Positions 29,801-39,245 of a stretch of DNA of 64,000 nt are shown piece by piece. A program made the position numbers and the translations under genes. The DNA lies in NCBI GenBank assembly GCA_965650445.1, contig CBFGOU010000001.1, positions 4,095 through 68,094 of the forward strand, in the 5' to 3' direction. The notes beneath the pieces are model-generated. The model worked only from the letters and a program-made list of their open reading frames with translations, had not been told where the DNA came from and searched no databases. This DNA comes from an uncultured Oxalobacteraceae bacterium. GTDB lineage: Bacteria; Pseudomonadota; Gammaproteobacteria; Burkholderiales; Burkholderiaceae_D. Numbering within the stretch: position 1 is the stretch's first letter; every line of letters starts with the position of its first letter.

Positions 29801-30836
29801 GCACCAGGGGCCTCTCCGTCCCCTGCTGATCTGGCTCGCCGCGACGAATGGGCGAGCCACGGAAGCCGTGCTGGAAGAAGCATTGCGTGAATCCTTGCTG
29901 GCAGAGGAGGCAGACCTGACTGTTCGCGCCGCCGCTGCGGCGGGTTGCTGGAGGCTGGTGAGGTCAGCCTTGACCCACCCGCGTGCGAAAGCCCGCCAGC
30001 GTGCGCTGAATCTCTTCGCTGCTTCGGAGCATGGGATCATAGATGACATCGTTGCCCTGGCGAACGACCCCAGCGCATTCGTCCGGCGTTCGCTACTGGA
30101 TTTGTTGGCGAAGCAGCCCGAACGCCACGCCGCTGCCCTGGTGAAGTTGTGCGAAGACACGTGGTCTTATGACTCAGTTCCAGCGGGTGAGGCTCAGAAC
30201 TTCCCTCTCGCTCAAGTCGCCGCTCGGGCGCTGGCCACGTTGACGTCCGTGCCACCTGAGCTGACCGGCGCCATCGTCGAGGCTGCCCTGGAGACGGATG
30301 ACGTGACCGTCACCGAAGTACTGCTGGACTTGCTGGTCGAACGTGGTGACGAAGATGCGTTGCGCGAAGTGATCAACCTCGTCTTCACTTTCAAACCAAC
30401 TTGGGCCAGTGTGCAGGCGGCCTCAACGATCGCTCGGACTAAGCGCAACTTGCCTGCTGAAGGCCTGAAAAAGGCCGACCCGCACTGGCTGGGCAAATCG
30501 AACCCCTACCTGGCAGCCCAGACGGTCGAGGCTGTGGGCAGCATCGCGGACAGCACGCAGGTCCTTGCTGTGGCCAAGTCACTTGCAATCAGCGAAGATC
30601 GGCGGGTTCTTTTGATCCCCCTGGCCATCGGGGCTGAACGCCAGTCGGTTGAACTCGCCAACGAGGTGCTCAGCAAACTGCCGCCTGATCATCCGGCCAT
30701 CCAAGTCCTTGACACGTCGAAGCATCCGCTTCCTCATGACGCGCTGGATCAGCTCGGCAATGCGCGCACCGTGGAAGCCGTCCACTGGCTGCTCGGTGAC
30801 CGCATCGCCGAGCGTCCATCAGTCTTGGTACAGTAA
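26862..30836 (+). CDS. PD-(D/E)xK nuclease + nSTAND3-type NTPase + HEAT-like repeats (Avs/STAND-like defence protein); start uncertain (26784-26871)
   Basis: GWHYQ...EPATQEDLE...VQAK nuclease pattern; GPSGTGKT; FFYVEDPWG; IVVTSR; helical C-terminus with DPSAFVRR. Confidence 0.7.
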   Translation: MSKLPGKPADHTGGNPSLDGWHYQCDVSVFAALDLLVVNRVAKVLQLEPATQEDLEAELEVPQVSSSAVVDGERLVVQAKLRRTGQWTPASLRDLVEHGEKRPSALKLLEDTKVRYVLFTSADVSGTLGALQVDALLERPGGDDLPADVFPPTLVQAAAGRFAVLAQYNEARVVEKIDAYLLSPLSIPRERHEACREDLRKAAMAGMRIGYAWPRGDVEAIIKMHGGSIPSERDRKFVPPTNWGDIVAQMDKRNAIVITGPSGTGKTTVAKALYQHYRSVVPGISYVEPGGPGELKVRPDAGPTFFYVEDPWGKYEIGTNTAVWTVELEERLLKASAQQKIVVTSRTDILAATVGSQSDFLKQWEVRLEAKHYGDKELGRMYEELVRLLGSSILQLAAIRARERVLQTLRTPFEIDRFVALLQAGAIPADENEDQFVSRILHETQTRAIENEVELMVKARHYEKAAVVLWGLMSTRHGVRRQDLPTIRRAISKLDPAFGPGLERLVNDLVAGGSLRQPSSDVTYTHPRVEQGLIRVVRANPEVTEVTLEHLLTALVRMGNTGNTQAVETAVRLHAFIKDSDQSLYEVSHEVQLTIDIWLEDALSKDHDDYVGLLRLACIAGSRACIPAEVARWLRPVTTGKHFFMRDWKLSKRSDEWYMTVRNHPLTQDVCERFIRLGLTVGTRGYPGRMAEYLDTIASGLDAAWLDAAKMIVHRGEETNAITVGFGAMRAIENREPLLQLALAALREEVEALKTYSDPEHWPFIDGHYNGDWEPLDGHTDYYYAARELVSAFAEATRRDSGWHALAEHKDARALASEWFDAMEKASGADAGDDELRRLLELGKGEYLEQRIWRLLTERWRPSFVVSLRERLLSGDESAHLREVAARCALEHAPDLLTEVAKELFDKGQTVRLLELAHDAKTHTKRFGVRGSQHLAYDAFELRLPAPFGELAAAFAPLDDIQEVQLTDASLDGLIPLLGKHQGPLRPLLIWLAATNGRATEAVLEEALRESLLAEEADLTVRAAAAAGCWRLVRSALTHPRAKARQRALNLFAASEHGIIDDIVALANDPSAFVRRSLLDLLAKQPERHAAALVKLCEDTWSYDSVPAGEAQNFPLAQVAARALATLTSVPPELTGAIVEAALETDDVTVTEVLLDLLVERGDEDALREVINLVFTFKPTWASVQAASTIARTKRNLPAEGLKKADPHWLGKSNPYLAAQTVEAVGSIADSTQVLAVAKSLAISEDRRVLLIPLAIGAERQSVELANEVLSKLPPDHPAIQVLDTSKHPLPHDALDQLGNARTVEAVHWLLGDRIAERPSVLVQ

Positions 30837-31184
30837 AAGCAATGCCGGCATCGTAGGAGCCACGCAACTCAACGCGAAACATGCTCAGGTGCTGCGGCAA
30901 AACCTGGGGCACCTCCCCGCGCCCCAGTGGCCACATCCAAGGACTGCACCACCGATGCCCCCAGCCGTCGCGTCAAACATGGTCGGTTGTCACCATGATA
31001 GGCGCTATGTTCTCTCCCCGAAATTGGTCTGCCGTCATATTGACGATGTTATCGCCGCGCTGCAACCAGACATGGGATTTTTTTCATATGTTCGCCGCAC
31101 CTTCCGGTCAGTGGTTCAAATCCGGCTTCTCCTTGCTCCATGATTTGATTCCAGCTTTCCGGTAGCCAGAGCCTTCGCTTCCCC

Positions 31185-31612
31185 TCTTCCAGGAGGCGGC
31201 GGAATTTGAGCAGCGTCGTCGCGTCGGGCGCCGAATCATGGGTGAGGTCGACGCCGACAAAATTACGGACCGGGACGATGTCGTAAATCGCATCCTCGAT
31301 ACCCTCGTCCGACAGCCCGAGACATTGCTGGGCGATGTACATGCGCAGCATGCGTTCCAGACCGATCGGCGGCCGACCGCGGCCATCCCCGGCCGGATAG
31401 TAAGGCAGCAGCGCGGCAACCAACGCGGGCCAAGGCGTGGCCGCTTCGTTCTCGGCGAGGAAGCGCTCTCGCCGCGTCGGCTTCTTCTTGTTGGCGAACT
31501 CGACGTCCGAAAAGCTGGTTTGTTTCATCGTCGCGGGACAAAAAATGGATGCGTGATTGTGCCACTTCGCTTGGGTGACCGGTGGTGGATCGACGATTAA
31601 ATCAGTGCTTCC
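31185..31612 (-). pseudogene. truncated IS5-family element (one end plus transposase N-terminus)
   Basis: MKQTSFSDVEF...PDATTLLKFRRLLE then diverges; end GGAAGCACTGATTTAA at 31612. Confidence 0.85.
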
Positions 31613-31616
31613 CTAG

Positions 31617-32830
31617 GGAAGCGCTGAACAATTCACTTTCGGGCGCGAAAGTGACCTGAACTGTCCGCAGAATTTGGCACACGCGTTTTCTGATCGAATC
31701 GAACGTGCACGGGTGGCAAATTTGGCCGATTCGGTCAGGTGTTTTTCCCGCTTTCCGACCTCAGGACGCAATCTGGGTGTACTGTCGTCTCAGGAATCTG
31801 CGCGCCAGAACCAGATTGGCGAATCCAAACAGCGTGAACAGCTGCGCGGTGTTTTTGGCCAAGCCGCGATAGCGCGTCTTGCGATGCTTGAACAGGCACT
31901 TCACGACATGGAAGCAATGCTCAACTTTGGCGCGCACGCTGGCCTTCGCCTTCTCCAACTTTTCCTGCGCACGGCCAAGGGAATTTTTGGTGAGTGTCTT
32001 GCGCAGCCCGGGCCGCATGGCAGTGTGCCAGTCGACCTGCTTGCCCGCGTTCTCGGGGCGCTTGGCAACACCTTGATAACCGGCGTCTCCCAGCACTGCC
32101 TTCTCGCCTCCGTGCAGCAGCGCGTGCGCTTGCGTCACGTCGGCCACGTTGCCGGCTGTGCCAACCACCGTGTGCACCAGGCCGGTGGCCATGTCCACAC
32201 CCACGTGCGCCTTCATCCCAAAATGCCAATCGTTGCCCTTCTTCGACTGGTGCATTTCCGGATCGCGCTCACCGTCGCGGTTCTTGGTCGATGGCGGCGC
32301 CGCGATCAGCGTCGCGTCAACGATCGTCCCTTCGCGCATCATCAAGCCCTTGCCAGCCAAGTGGCCGTTGATTTCATCGAAGATCCGGCGCGTCAGTTTG
32401 TGCTGCTCCAGCAGTCGGCGGAACTTCAACAGCGTCGTCGCGTCCGGTGCCGATTCGTGTGTCAGGTCAACGCCGACAAAGCCACGAATCGCCTGGCTGT
32501 CATAGATCGCGTCTTCAATGCCCTCGTCCGAAAGCCCAAAGCATTGTTGGACGATATACATGCGCAGCATCCGCTCCAAACCGACCGGCGGACGGCCGCG
32601 TCCATCGCCCTTCGGGTAGTACGGCAACAGTGCAGCAACCAACGCCGGCCATGGCGTCACCGCTTCGATCTCGGCCAAAAACCGGTCGCGCCGCGTCACC
32701 TTCTTCTTACCGGCAAACTCGGCTTCGGAAAAACTCGCTTGCTTCATGATGGGCACGAAAAATTTGGATGCACTATTGTGCCAGTTCAGCCTACCCCGAT
32801 GGGGCGTCGAATGAATAAATCAGCGGTTCC
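31617..32830 (-). mobile_element. IS5-family insertion sequence, 1214 bp
   Basis: IRs GGAAGCGCTGAACAATTC and GGAACCGCTGATTTATTC; CTAG duplicated at 31613-31616 and 32831-32834. Confidence 0.93.
31761..32756 (-). CDS. IS5-family transposase
   Basis: IVDAT, GMKAHVGVD, GDAGY, RAKVEH. Confidence 0.95.
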   Translation of the reverse strand: MPIMKQASFSEAEFAGKKKVTRRDRFLAEIEAVTPWPALVAALLPYYPKGDGRGRPPVGLERMLRMYIVQQCFGLSDEGIEDAIYDSQAIRGFVGVDLTHESAPDATTLLKFRRLLEQHKLTRRIFDEINGHLAGKGLMMREGTIVDATLIAAPPSTKNRDGERDPEMHQSKKGNDWHFGMKAHVGVDMATGLVHTVVGTAGNVADVTQAHALLHGGEKAVLGDAGYQGVAKRPENAGKQVDWHTAMRPGLRKTLTKNSLGRAQEKLEKAKASVRAKVEHCFHVVKCLFKHRKTRYRGLAKNTAQLFTLFGFANLVLARRFLRRQYTQIAS

Positions 32831-33008
32831 CTAGGGCGAGGATCTTTGGCATGCCTGACACTTGTCTTGAAAAAAAGTGTTAAGCAGGGACGCTCCGCTT
32901 GTAACGGTTGACATGATATTTGAGACTAGCTGGGCAAAAAGTGAAAATTAGTGAGCATCTGTTAGGAAAAACGGTCGATAATCTTCCATCTTTCCAACGG
33001 GATACGCG

Positions 33009-35417
33009 ATGATTGAATCTATCGATGTTGAGAGGTTCGGCTCCTACAGCGCTTTCGCTTGGGGGCCGAACGTACTAGACCAGCAAGGGCGAGCGGCTAC
33101 CTTCCGTAAACTGAATATTCTGTATGGTCGAAATTACTCCGGAAAGACCACATTATCTCGAATCGTGCAAAGCATCGAGAGAGCAAGGTTACCGGAAAAG
33201 TACGCCAATCCAAAGTTTCGAATTAAGACGTCCAGCGGCGTCGTCACCGAAGCGAATATCGCAGACACGAATTTATCGGTTCGAGTTTTCAATAAGGATT
33301 TTGTAGATCACAACCTGTCATTCCTTCGCGATAGCCAAGGAACAATTCAAACGTTCGCTATTCTGGGGGAGCAAAACACTGACTTACTAGCTGATATTGC
33401 GAGTGTTGAGGCTGAGCTTGGGAGTGTGGAGGCGCAGACCGGCTTTAGGTATGAGTTTTACACGAGTCGCCAACTGGTGGACAGAACAAAGAAAGAGTAC
33501 GACCAGTTGCAGACACAACTGGATCAGAAGCTCGTTGAAAAGGCCAACAAACCTCAAAGCGGTATCAAGCACAACCCGATCTATCGGGACCCAAACTACG
33601 ACATTAAGAAAATGCGGCTCGACGTCGGCACGGTACTACAGTCAAATTTTGTTCTCTTGGCTGAAGATGCTGTCGCGACGAATCTAGCGTTGTTGGAAGA
33701 GAGTCCGATGCCTGATATCGGGAAGCCTGGTGCGTACCGTGCTGCGCTTCGTGAGATTTTTACCAAAGCATCGGAGCTAGTCTCCCGGCAAATTTCACCC
33801 ACAGCGCCAATTAAGGAACTGCTCGAGAATGGGGCGCTTCAAAGCTGGGTAAAAGCAGGCATTGAACATCATAAGGATCACCGGAGTGACTGCGCATTTT
33901 GCGGCAACCGACTGCCAGAAGATATTTGGGCGAAGCTTGAAGCGCATTTTAGTAAAGAGTCGCAAGTTCTTGAAGAACAGATCCAACATACTTTGCGCGG
34001 CATTGAGGCGGAGCGTGTGAGGCTGGCACGGCATACGAATGTCTCGGTAAATCAGTTCTATCCATCTCTACGCGATGAAGTCACCGTCGTGCTCGACGAG
34101 TTGTCCAAGTCACGGCAACATTACGTGGAGCAGCTGGACGTCATGGTCGAGGCTTTGCGAACGCGTGCAAACAACATTTTTAAGCCGTCTCAGCTTTCAA
34201 TCAGCGCCAACGCAGATGATGCGCACGCGGCCGCTCTGGAAACTTTGGAAGTGCTGATTGACGGGCACAACAAAAAAACGAATTCGATCGCGGCAGATCA
34301 ACTCGCGGCGCGCAAGAATTTACGATTGCGGGAAGTATCAAAGTTCATTTCTGACATTGGGTATCAGGAATCAGTGAAGAATTTGGAGGAAAAAAAGCAA
34401 GAGGTAAAGGTGCTTGAGGAATCCCAGCAAAGGCTTGTTGAAGTTGGCAAGGGTAAAGCCAAGCGTCTTGATGACCTCCGAATGCAGTTGCGAGATGAAC
34501 GACAGGGTGCTCAGCGAGTGAACACCTATCTCAATCATTACTTTGGTAGCCAAACAATTCGCCTAGACGCCGTTCAAGATGAGGACAGCCCGAGTGTGTA
34601 TCGCTTCAGGATACTGCGTGGAGATGAGGATGCACACAACCTAAGTGAGGGCGAATGCAGCTTGATCGCCTTTTGCTATTTTTTGGCCAAATTAGACGAC
34701 ATCGACACCAAAGGTAAAGAACTCATCATATACATCGACGATCCGATTTCCAGCCTCGATAGTAATCATATCTTCTTTGTATTTAGTTTGATTCACAAAG
34801 TATTGATGTCCCCTCTAGTTGATGAAAATGGAGCTCAGATTCGAAGCGCGGCCGGTAAGTTAACATACCGGTTCGTTCAGATGTTTATATCCACACATAG
34901 CTTGGAATTTCTGAAGTACCTAAGGCGCCTACCATTCGATAAAAATGAACGCGAAAGCTTTATGGTAATGCGGAGAGATCATTCAAGCGTGATTAGTCTC
35001 ATGCCACGTCATCTGAGGACTTATGTTACCGAGTTGAACTTTCTGTTTGGGGAAGTTTGTATTTGCGCCGACCCCGCTAACATCGCGACGCACTATCAGG
35101 CGTTCTATGGATTTGGTAACAACCTGAGGAAATTCCTAGAGGGATACCTATTCTTCAAGTATCCATCGGATAGTTTGGACTACGACAAGCGCGTGCACCT
35201 CTTCTTCGAAGATGGTTCTGTCGCAGAGCCTCTAGTGCAAAGGTTGACCAATGAGTTTTCCCATCTTGGTGAATTTATTGATAGGGGCACTGTACCCATA
35301 GATGGGGCGGAAATTTCATCGCTGGCGAAGTTCGTGCTCGCAAAATTAAAGGCGTCCGATCAGCAGCAGTACATACATTTTCTCGAAAGCGTCAGCGCAA
35401 CAGACCCACTTGAATGA
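33009..35417 (+). CDS. RloC-like AAA_13 ABC-ATPase with zinc hook and C-terminal HEPN
   Basis: GRNYSGKT, CAFCG, LSEGE, IDDPISSLD, STH, NNLRKFLE and RLTNEFSH. Confidence 0.8.
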   Translation: MIESIDVERFGSYSAFAWGPNVLDQQGRAATFRKLNILYGRNYSGKTTLSRIVQSIERARLPEKYANPKFRIKTSSGVVTEANIADTNLSVRVFNKDFVDHNLSFLRDSQGTIQTFAILGEQNTDLLADIASVEAELGSVEAQTGFRYEFYTSRQLVDRTKKEYDQLQTQLDQKLVEKANKPQSGIKHNPIYRDPNYDIKKMRLDVGTVLQSNFVLLAEDAVATNLALLEESPMPDIGKPGAYRAALREIFTKASELVSRQISPTAPIKELLENGALQSWVKAGIEHHKDHRSDCAFCGNRLPEDIWAKLEAHFSKESQVLEEQIQHTLRGIEAERVRLARHTNVSVNQFYPSLRDEVTVVLDELSKSRQHYVEQLDVMVEALRTRANNIFKPSQLSISANADDAHAAALETLEVLIDGHNKKTNSIAADQLAARKNLRLREVSKFISDIGYQESVKNLEEKKQEVKVLEESQQRLVEVGKGKAKRLDDLRMQLRDERQGAQRVNTYLNHYFGSQTIRLDAVQDEDSPSVYRFRILRGDEDAHNLSEGECSLIAFCYFLAKLDDIDTKGKELIIYIDDPISSLDSNHIFFVFSLIHKVLMSPLVDENGAQIRSAAGKLTYRFVQMFISTHSLEFLKYLRRLPFDKNERESFMVMRRDHSSVISLMPRHLRTYVTELNFLFGEVCICADPANIATHYQAFYGFGNNLRKFLEGYLFFKYPSDSLDYDKRVHLFFEDGSVAEPLVQRLTNEFSHLGEFIDRGTVPIDGAEISSLAKFVLAKLKASDQQQYIHFLESVSATDPLE

Positions 35418-35439
35418 TCAATCTGCACAAGGAATTTAA

Positions 35440-35940
35440 ATGGTTTTCTACTTCGCGTACGGTTCCAATATGTCGCTTCCGCGTCTCCGCAAACGAGTTC
35501 CGTCTGTCGCCAAAATTGGACATGCCAAGCTTTGTGGATATTCATTGGCCTTTGACAAGGTAAGTAAGGACGGATCTGGCAAGTGCAATGTCGTTGCGAC
35601 GGGCGTCCCGCAGGACTTCGTTCACGGCGTCCTTTATAGTTTAGAAGACGCGGAGCTGACGCTGTTGGATAGGGCAGAGGGAGCCGGACAAGGATACATA
35701 CGACGCGCATCAGTAGTTCAGATGCCGACTGGTGAGGAAAGAATTGCCGAGTGCTACTTTGCGACGAATGTGGATAGAGGTCTGACGCCGTTCACCTGGT
35801 ACGTTGAACATGTTTTGCATGGGGCTAAGGAGGCTGGGTTACCGAAAGACTATATTCATTGGATTGCCAACGTGTCTTCGCAGACCGACCCCGATATAGC
35901 GCGGCACACAGAGCAGCTATCGATCTATAAGCGGAGCTAA
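35440..35940 (+). CDS. gamma-glutamylcyclotransferase (AIG2/GGCT-like)
   Basis: YFAYGSNM, VHGVLY, LDRAEG, GLPKDYI. Confidence 0.85.
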   Translation: MVFYFAYGSNMSLPRLRKRVPSVAKIGHAKLCGYSLAFDKVSKDGSGKCNVVATGVPQDFVHGVLYSLEDAELTLLDRAEGAGQGYIRRASVVQMPTGEERIAECYFATNVDRGLTPFTWYVEHVLHGAKEAGLPKDYIHWIANVSSQTDPDIARHTEQLSIYKRS

Positions 35941-35970
35941 TCTGCTGACGTTTGTGATTCAGGAATCCAT

Positions 35971-37272
35971 ATGCGCGCGAGACTGCTTCCTCCATACGAC
36001 CACTACTCTGGCAATCTACTTTGGCACAAGCCAGAGGCATCCCAGCGGGGCGCGCAGCTGGCTGAAGGCCTGGAGCGCCTTCGACTGCTGGGTTATTGGG
36101 CGAGTCCTTTTCCAGAAGACGATGGGCTCACATTTCGTTGGTTGCATGGAGAGAAGTCACGGAAGGAGCTTTTGAATGATTTTCAAAAATGTTTTGGTGC
36201 GTGGACTATTGAGCTATCAAGTTCAAAAGACGGCAACGCAGAATTGGCAGAATTGAGCGCTGACGACACTGTACTTTGTTGTACGGTGATTGTGCCGATT
36301 GAAAAGGTTCACTTAGAATCGACAAAGGAGATAAGTCGCAATTTTCATCTGCGTTGTAGTTCAGAGTTTGATGTTTACCTGGACACACGTCTCAGCGATC
36401 ACGAGGGCCCCTATCTTCAGTTTGACGCCGACTTGCGGCAGAAGGACCTCTTACTCTTAAGAAGACGAATTGAACACGACAATATTGTAATCAGTCACTG
36501 CCTGGGATTGGCCGAGGGGGCAATGGACCTTGTTCGCTTTCAGTTCAGCTCTTTTGTCCGACCCGAGTTCACCCCAAACCCTGCCGGTCAGCTTGCTGAT
36601 GGGACTTATGCAGTCGAGATCGTCCCTCCCTCCCAAACGCACTTAAAGCCTATGATCTTGAGAGGCATCGTGCGTCCGATGGGGGCGTCGAATAATTGGT
36701 TGGGACCGGAGGTAGACACCGTTCTTAGCCCTGGTTGTGGACGCCTAGCAGAGATTGTTGAAGGACGAGAGGATCCGGTAAGTAGTAACGTTAAAACCGC
36801 CTTGCGGTACTGTCGACAGGCCTTCTACACACTGGGCGAAGAGTCCCGGTTTCTTAGTTTGATTTTCGCTTTAGATTGTTTATTGTCTCCACCCCACGGG
36901 TTGCAGGCCTGGAGGCATAGAGTGTATGTGGCGGCAATTATTTCGAATGGTAGGGAGAGCGCCTTTGAAGATATCCTCGAGCAATACGATGAGCTCTACA
37001 CTGATGTGCGCAATGCGCTTGTACATCGGGGAAAAGACTTCTACGAGCTTGGACGATCTTCATCTCAATGCTGTGAGAGAATTCACGACTACGTTCGCGC
37101 GGTCGTAGCTGTGATTGAGGCGGAAGATCTTTCTTCACTAGACGACCTCTATGCCTTGGCGAACATGTGGGCGGGCAGTCCTGGGTATGCTCAACGAGCC
37201 TCTGCTGTCATTGCGCGAGTATCTGCTCGACGCGGCAAAGCTATCCCTACTTTCAATTGGACGTCACTTTAG
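35971..37272 (+). CDS. protein with C-terminal Apea-like HEPN domain
   Basis: RFLSLIFALDCLL and LYTDVRNALVH (RxxxxH). Confidence 0.7.
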   Translation: MRARLLPPYDHYSGNLLWHKPEASQRGAQLAEGLERLRLLGYWASPFPEDDGLTFRWLHGEKSRKELLNDFQKCFGAWTIELSSSKDGNAELAELSADDTVLCCTVIVPIEKVHLESTKEISRNFHLRCSSEFDVYLDTRLSDHEGPYLQFDADLRQKDLLLLRRRIEHDNIVISHCLGLAEGAMDLVRFQFSSFVRPEFTPNPAGQLADGTYAVEIVPPSQTHLKPMILRGIVRPMGASNNWLGPEVDTVLSPGCGRLAEIVEGREDPVSSNVKTALRYCRQAFYTLGEESRFLSLIFALDCLLSPPHGLQAWRHRVYVAAIISNGRESAFEDILEQYDELYTDVRNALVHRGKDFYELGRSSSQCCERIHDYVRAVVAVIEAEDLSSLDDLYALANMWAGSPGYAQRASAVIARVSARRGKAIPTFNWTSL

Positions 37273-37420
37273 GATGCTATGAAACGACGACTCATCATTT
37301 TTTGTTTCTGGCCTCGTCGGCCGTATTCCTGTACGCCGGTTAGTGTACCCTCTGCTAAGGCCAAGTGATGACACATATCCTCGAACTCATCCCATGCGTG
37401 CGGCATGCCCCACTGAATTT

Positions 37421-38326
37421 TCATAATTGATTTTCCTGTGTAAGTTCCACCAGTGCTCGTTTAAGACTGAGTTGTGCGCGTGACTGATTTTCGTAAGCAG
37501 AGCAGGCGGCATCTGAAATTAATTGAACAGCTTTAGGCGATGCGGTTGCGATCCCACTGGCCAGCTGCTTAACCACGTTGATAGTTGCTGTTCTTGCCTT
37601 TGGATTGGACACAGCTAATAGGCCACCGACAACGAGCGTTAGCTTGATCCAATCAGGCAAACGGGAGTATGCGACTGCGAGTGAGCGGGCCGCCCGGCAA
37701 GCAGCGCTGATGCTTGCGACTCCAGCTATCACCAGACTTGTTCCTGCTACTTTGATGGACATCTCAACTGCGGCGCTTCGCGAGTAGTCACGGAGGTAGA
37801 AAATACAGTCAAGTGAAACTCGATGGCCGCCCATCGCTGTTATATGCGGATCTTTGCTGAGTATGCCTATCGCATCAATGGTTCGTTGAAGCGCGACAAA
37901 TGGAGCGTCATCAGGATCGACTCCCGACAGCAATTCTTGGGTGTACAGCGGATCAGGTACAGCGAGCTGGATGTACTGCTTGAACTCATGCCAATGCTCG
38001 AGCATTATCTGGGGATCGACTGCAAGGTCTATCGAAACAACGGGAATCTTTTCCAGTACCTCATCAAACAATGCCGGGGGCGCAAAGAGCTTAACGGTGT
38101 TGGCGTCAACGACTTCTACGAGGCCAGATTTTGCCTTGGGATCCCTACGCGAGCGCGTTAGCCATAACAGCTCTTTGATAACGATATTTGTATCAATGAC
38201 GAGACTGAATTGTGCTAATAGACCAAGATCAAGGTTCAGGCGGCGTAGATGTTCAATTGACCCGCGCAGGTGAGCGAGACTATCAGAGCGTATGTTGTCA
38301 AAAAGGGTAGTCGAGTCTTGAGTCAT
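37421..38326 (-). CDS. PIN-domain protein with C-terminal hydrophobic helices
   Basis: VIDTNIV, DPDDAPFVAL, SKDPH; hydrophobic LVIAGVASISAA and LTLVVGGLLAV. Confidence 0.75.
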   Translation of the reverse strand: MTQDSTTLFDNIRSDSLAHLRGSIEHLRRLNLDLGLLAQFSLVIDTNIVIKELLWLTRSRRDPKAKSGLVEVVDANTVKLFAPPALFDEVLEKIPVVSIDLAVDPQIMLEHWHEFKQYIQLAVPDPLYTQELLSGVDPDDAPFVALQRTIDAIGILSKDPHITAMGGHRVSLDCIFYLRDYSRSAAVEMSIKVAGTSLVIAGVASISAACRAARSLAVAYSRLPDWIKLTLVVGGLLAVSNPKARTATINVVKQLASGIATASPKAVQLISDAACSAYENQSRAQLSLKRALVELTQENQL

Positions 38327-38369
38327 CTCTCTTGCTCATCAAACAATTATGATCGAAGTGTGTAGCTGA

Positions 38370-38579
38370 TCAGTCTACGAGGCCATGGTAGCGACCGACC
38401 GCACCTACGGCATCGACAAATTTTTTTGCCATCTTCAAGTTCATAATTACAGTCTTTCCATCGACAGTCAGATAAATGCTGTCTTCTCGATAGAAGGAAG
38501 AGCGCCCAAACTCAACGTCCATTGATTCTTTGCCCCCCTGGTCCATGATGTTTTCCTCAAAGTACATGGTTGTCGCCAT
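38370..38579 (-). CDS. small hypothetical protein
   Basis: GGAGG RBS; MATTMYFEE... 69 aa. Confidence 0.65.
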   Translation of the reverse strand: MATTMYFEENIMDQGGKESMDVEFGRSSFYREDSIYLTVDGKTVIMNLKMAKKFVDAVGAVGRYHGLVD

Positions 38580-39050
38580 ATTTACCTCCAAATTTAGTTG
38601 ATATTAAAGAAAATGCCGCTGTTGTTACTATAGCGAAAATTATACGAATGGTCATAGCGACATCGCGATCCTTTGCAAAAATCACGATGTGGTGTGGATA
38701 TTGCCTTTAGACCAGGGGAAATCCTGGTAGGACGGACTTTGAAGTACAGTCAATGCGGATTTGAGAGTACGCTTTCACTATGGAAAACGAAGCCTAACCA
38801 ATGGTTTATGCTCTGAATTATGGGCTGTTTGACCGCATGAGCAGTATGTGGGAATCCGCACATGGCCCGCTAAGGAAGCACTGATTAATTCATGAGGGCG
38901 GACTCGGCCGTGAGAAAAGACGCCCTGCGGCGTTGCAAATTCTCGCAATAGCTCGCTATTGCTGCGAACTTGCGCCTTTCCGGACCCCTTTTTCACGGCC
39001 GATTCCATCCCTCAGAATAAATCAGTGCTTGCCTAAATTTCCCATCTGTG

Positions 39051-39066
39051 CTGTATAAAAAACCAG
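39051..39066. promoter_or_regulatory. LexA (SOS) box-like site
   Basis: CTGTATAAAAAACCAG fits CTGT-N8-(A/C)CAG with an AT-rich spacer. Confidence 0.55.
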
Positions 39067-39153
39067 TAAAATAGCGGCTCGTTCGTTCGTGACGATCACG
39101 GTGTAAAGAGTGATCCTCGGACACGTAACCTCTTGTTGAGAGCCGTGGGCTGA

Positions 39154-39243
39154 GTTGACGAAATTGATTATTTGCACAAAAATCTGGTTGACGATTTCGG
39201 AAATTTGCACCAAACTCAGGTTGACACATTTACGAAAGTGCAC
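39154..39243 (+). promoter_or_regulatory. three phased operator-like repeats GTTGAC-N13-TGCAC, 33-bp period
   Basis: GTTGAC at 39154, 39187, 39220; TGCAC exactly 19 bp after the start of each. Confidence 0.7.
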
Positions 39244-39245
39244 AA

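Noticed and set aside
39154-39243. 33-bp periodic repeats as a mini-CRISPR array
   Set aside because: Only two short conserved blocks per unit, period too short for repeat plus spacer, and no cas genes
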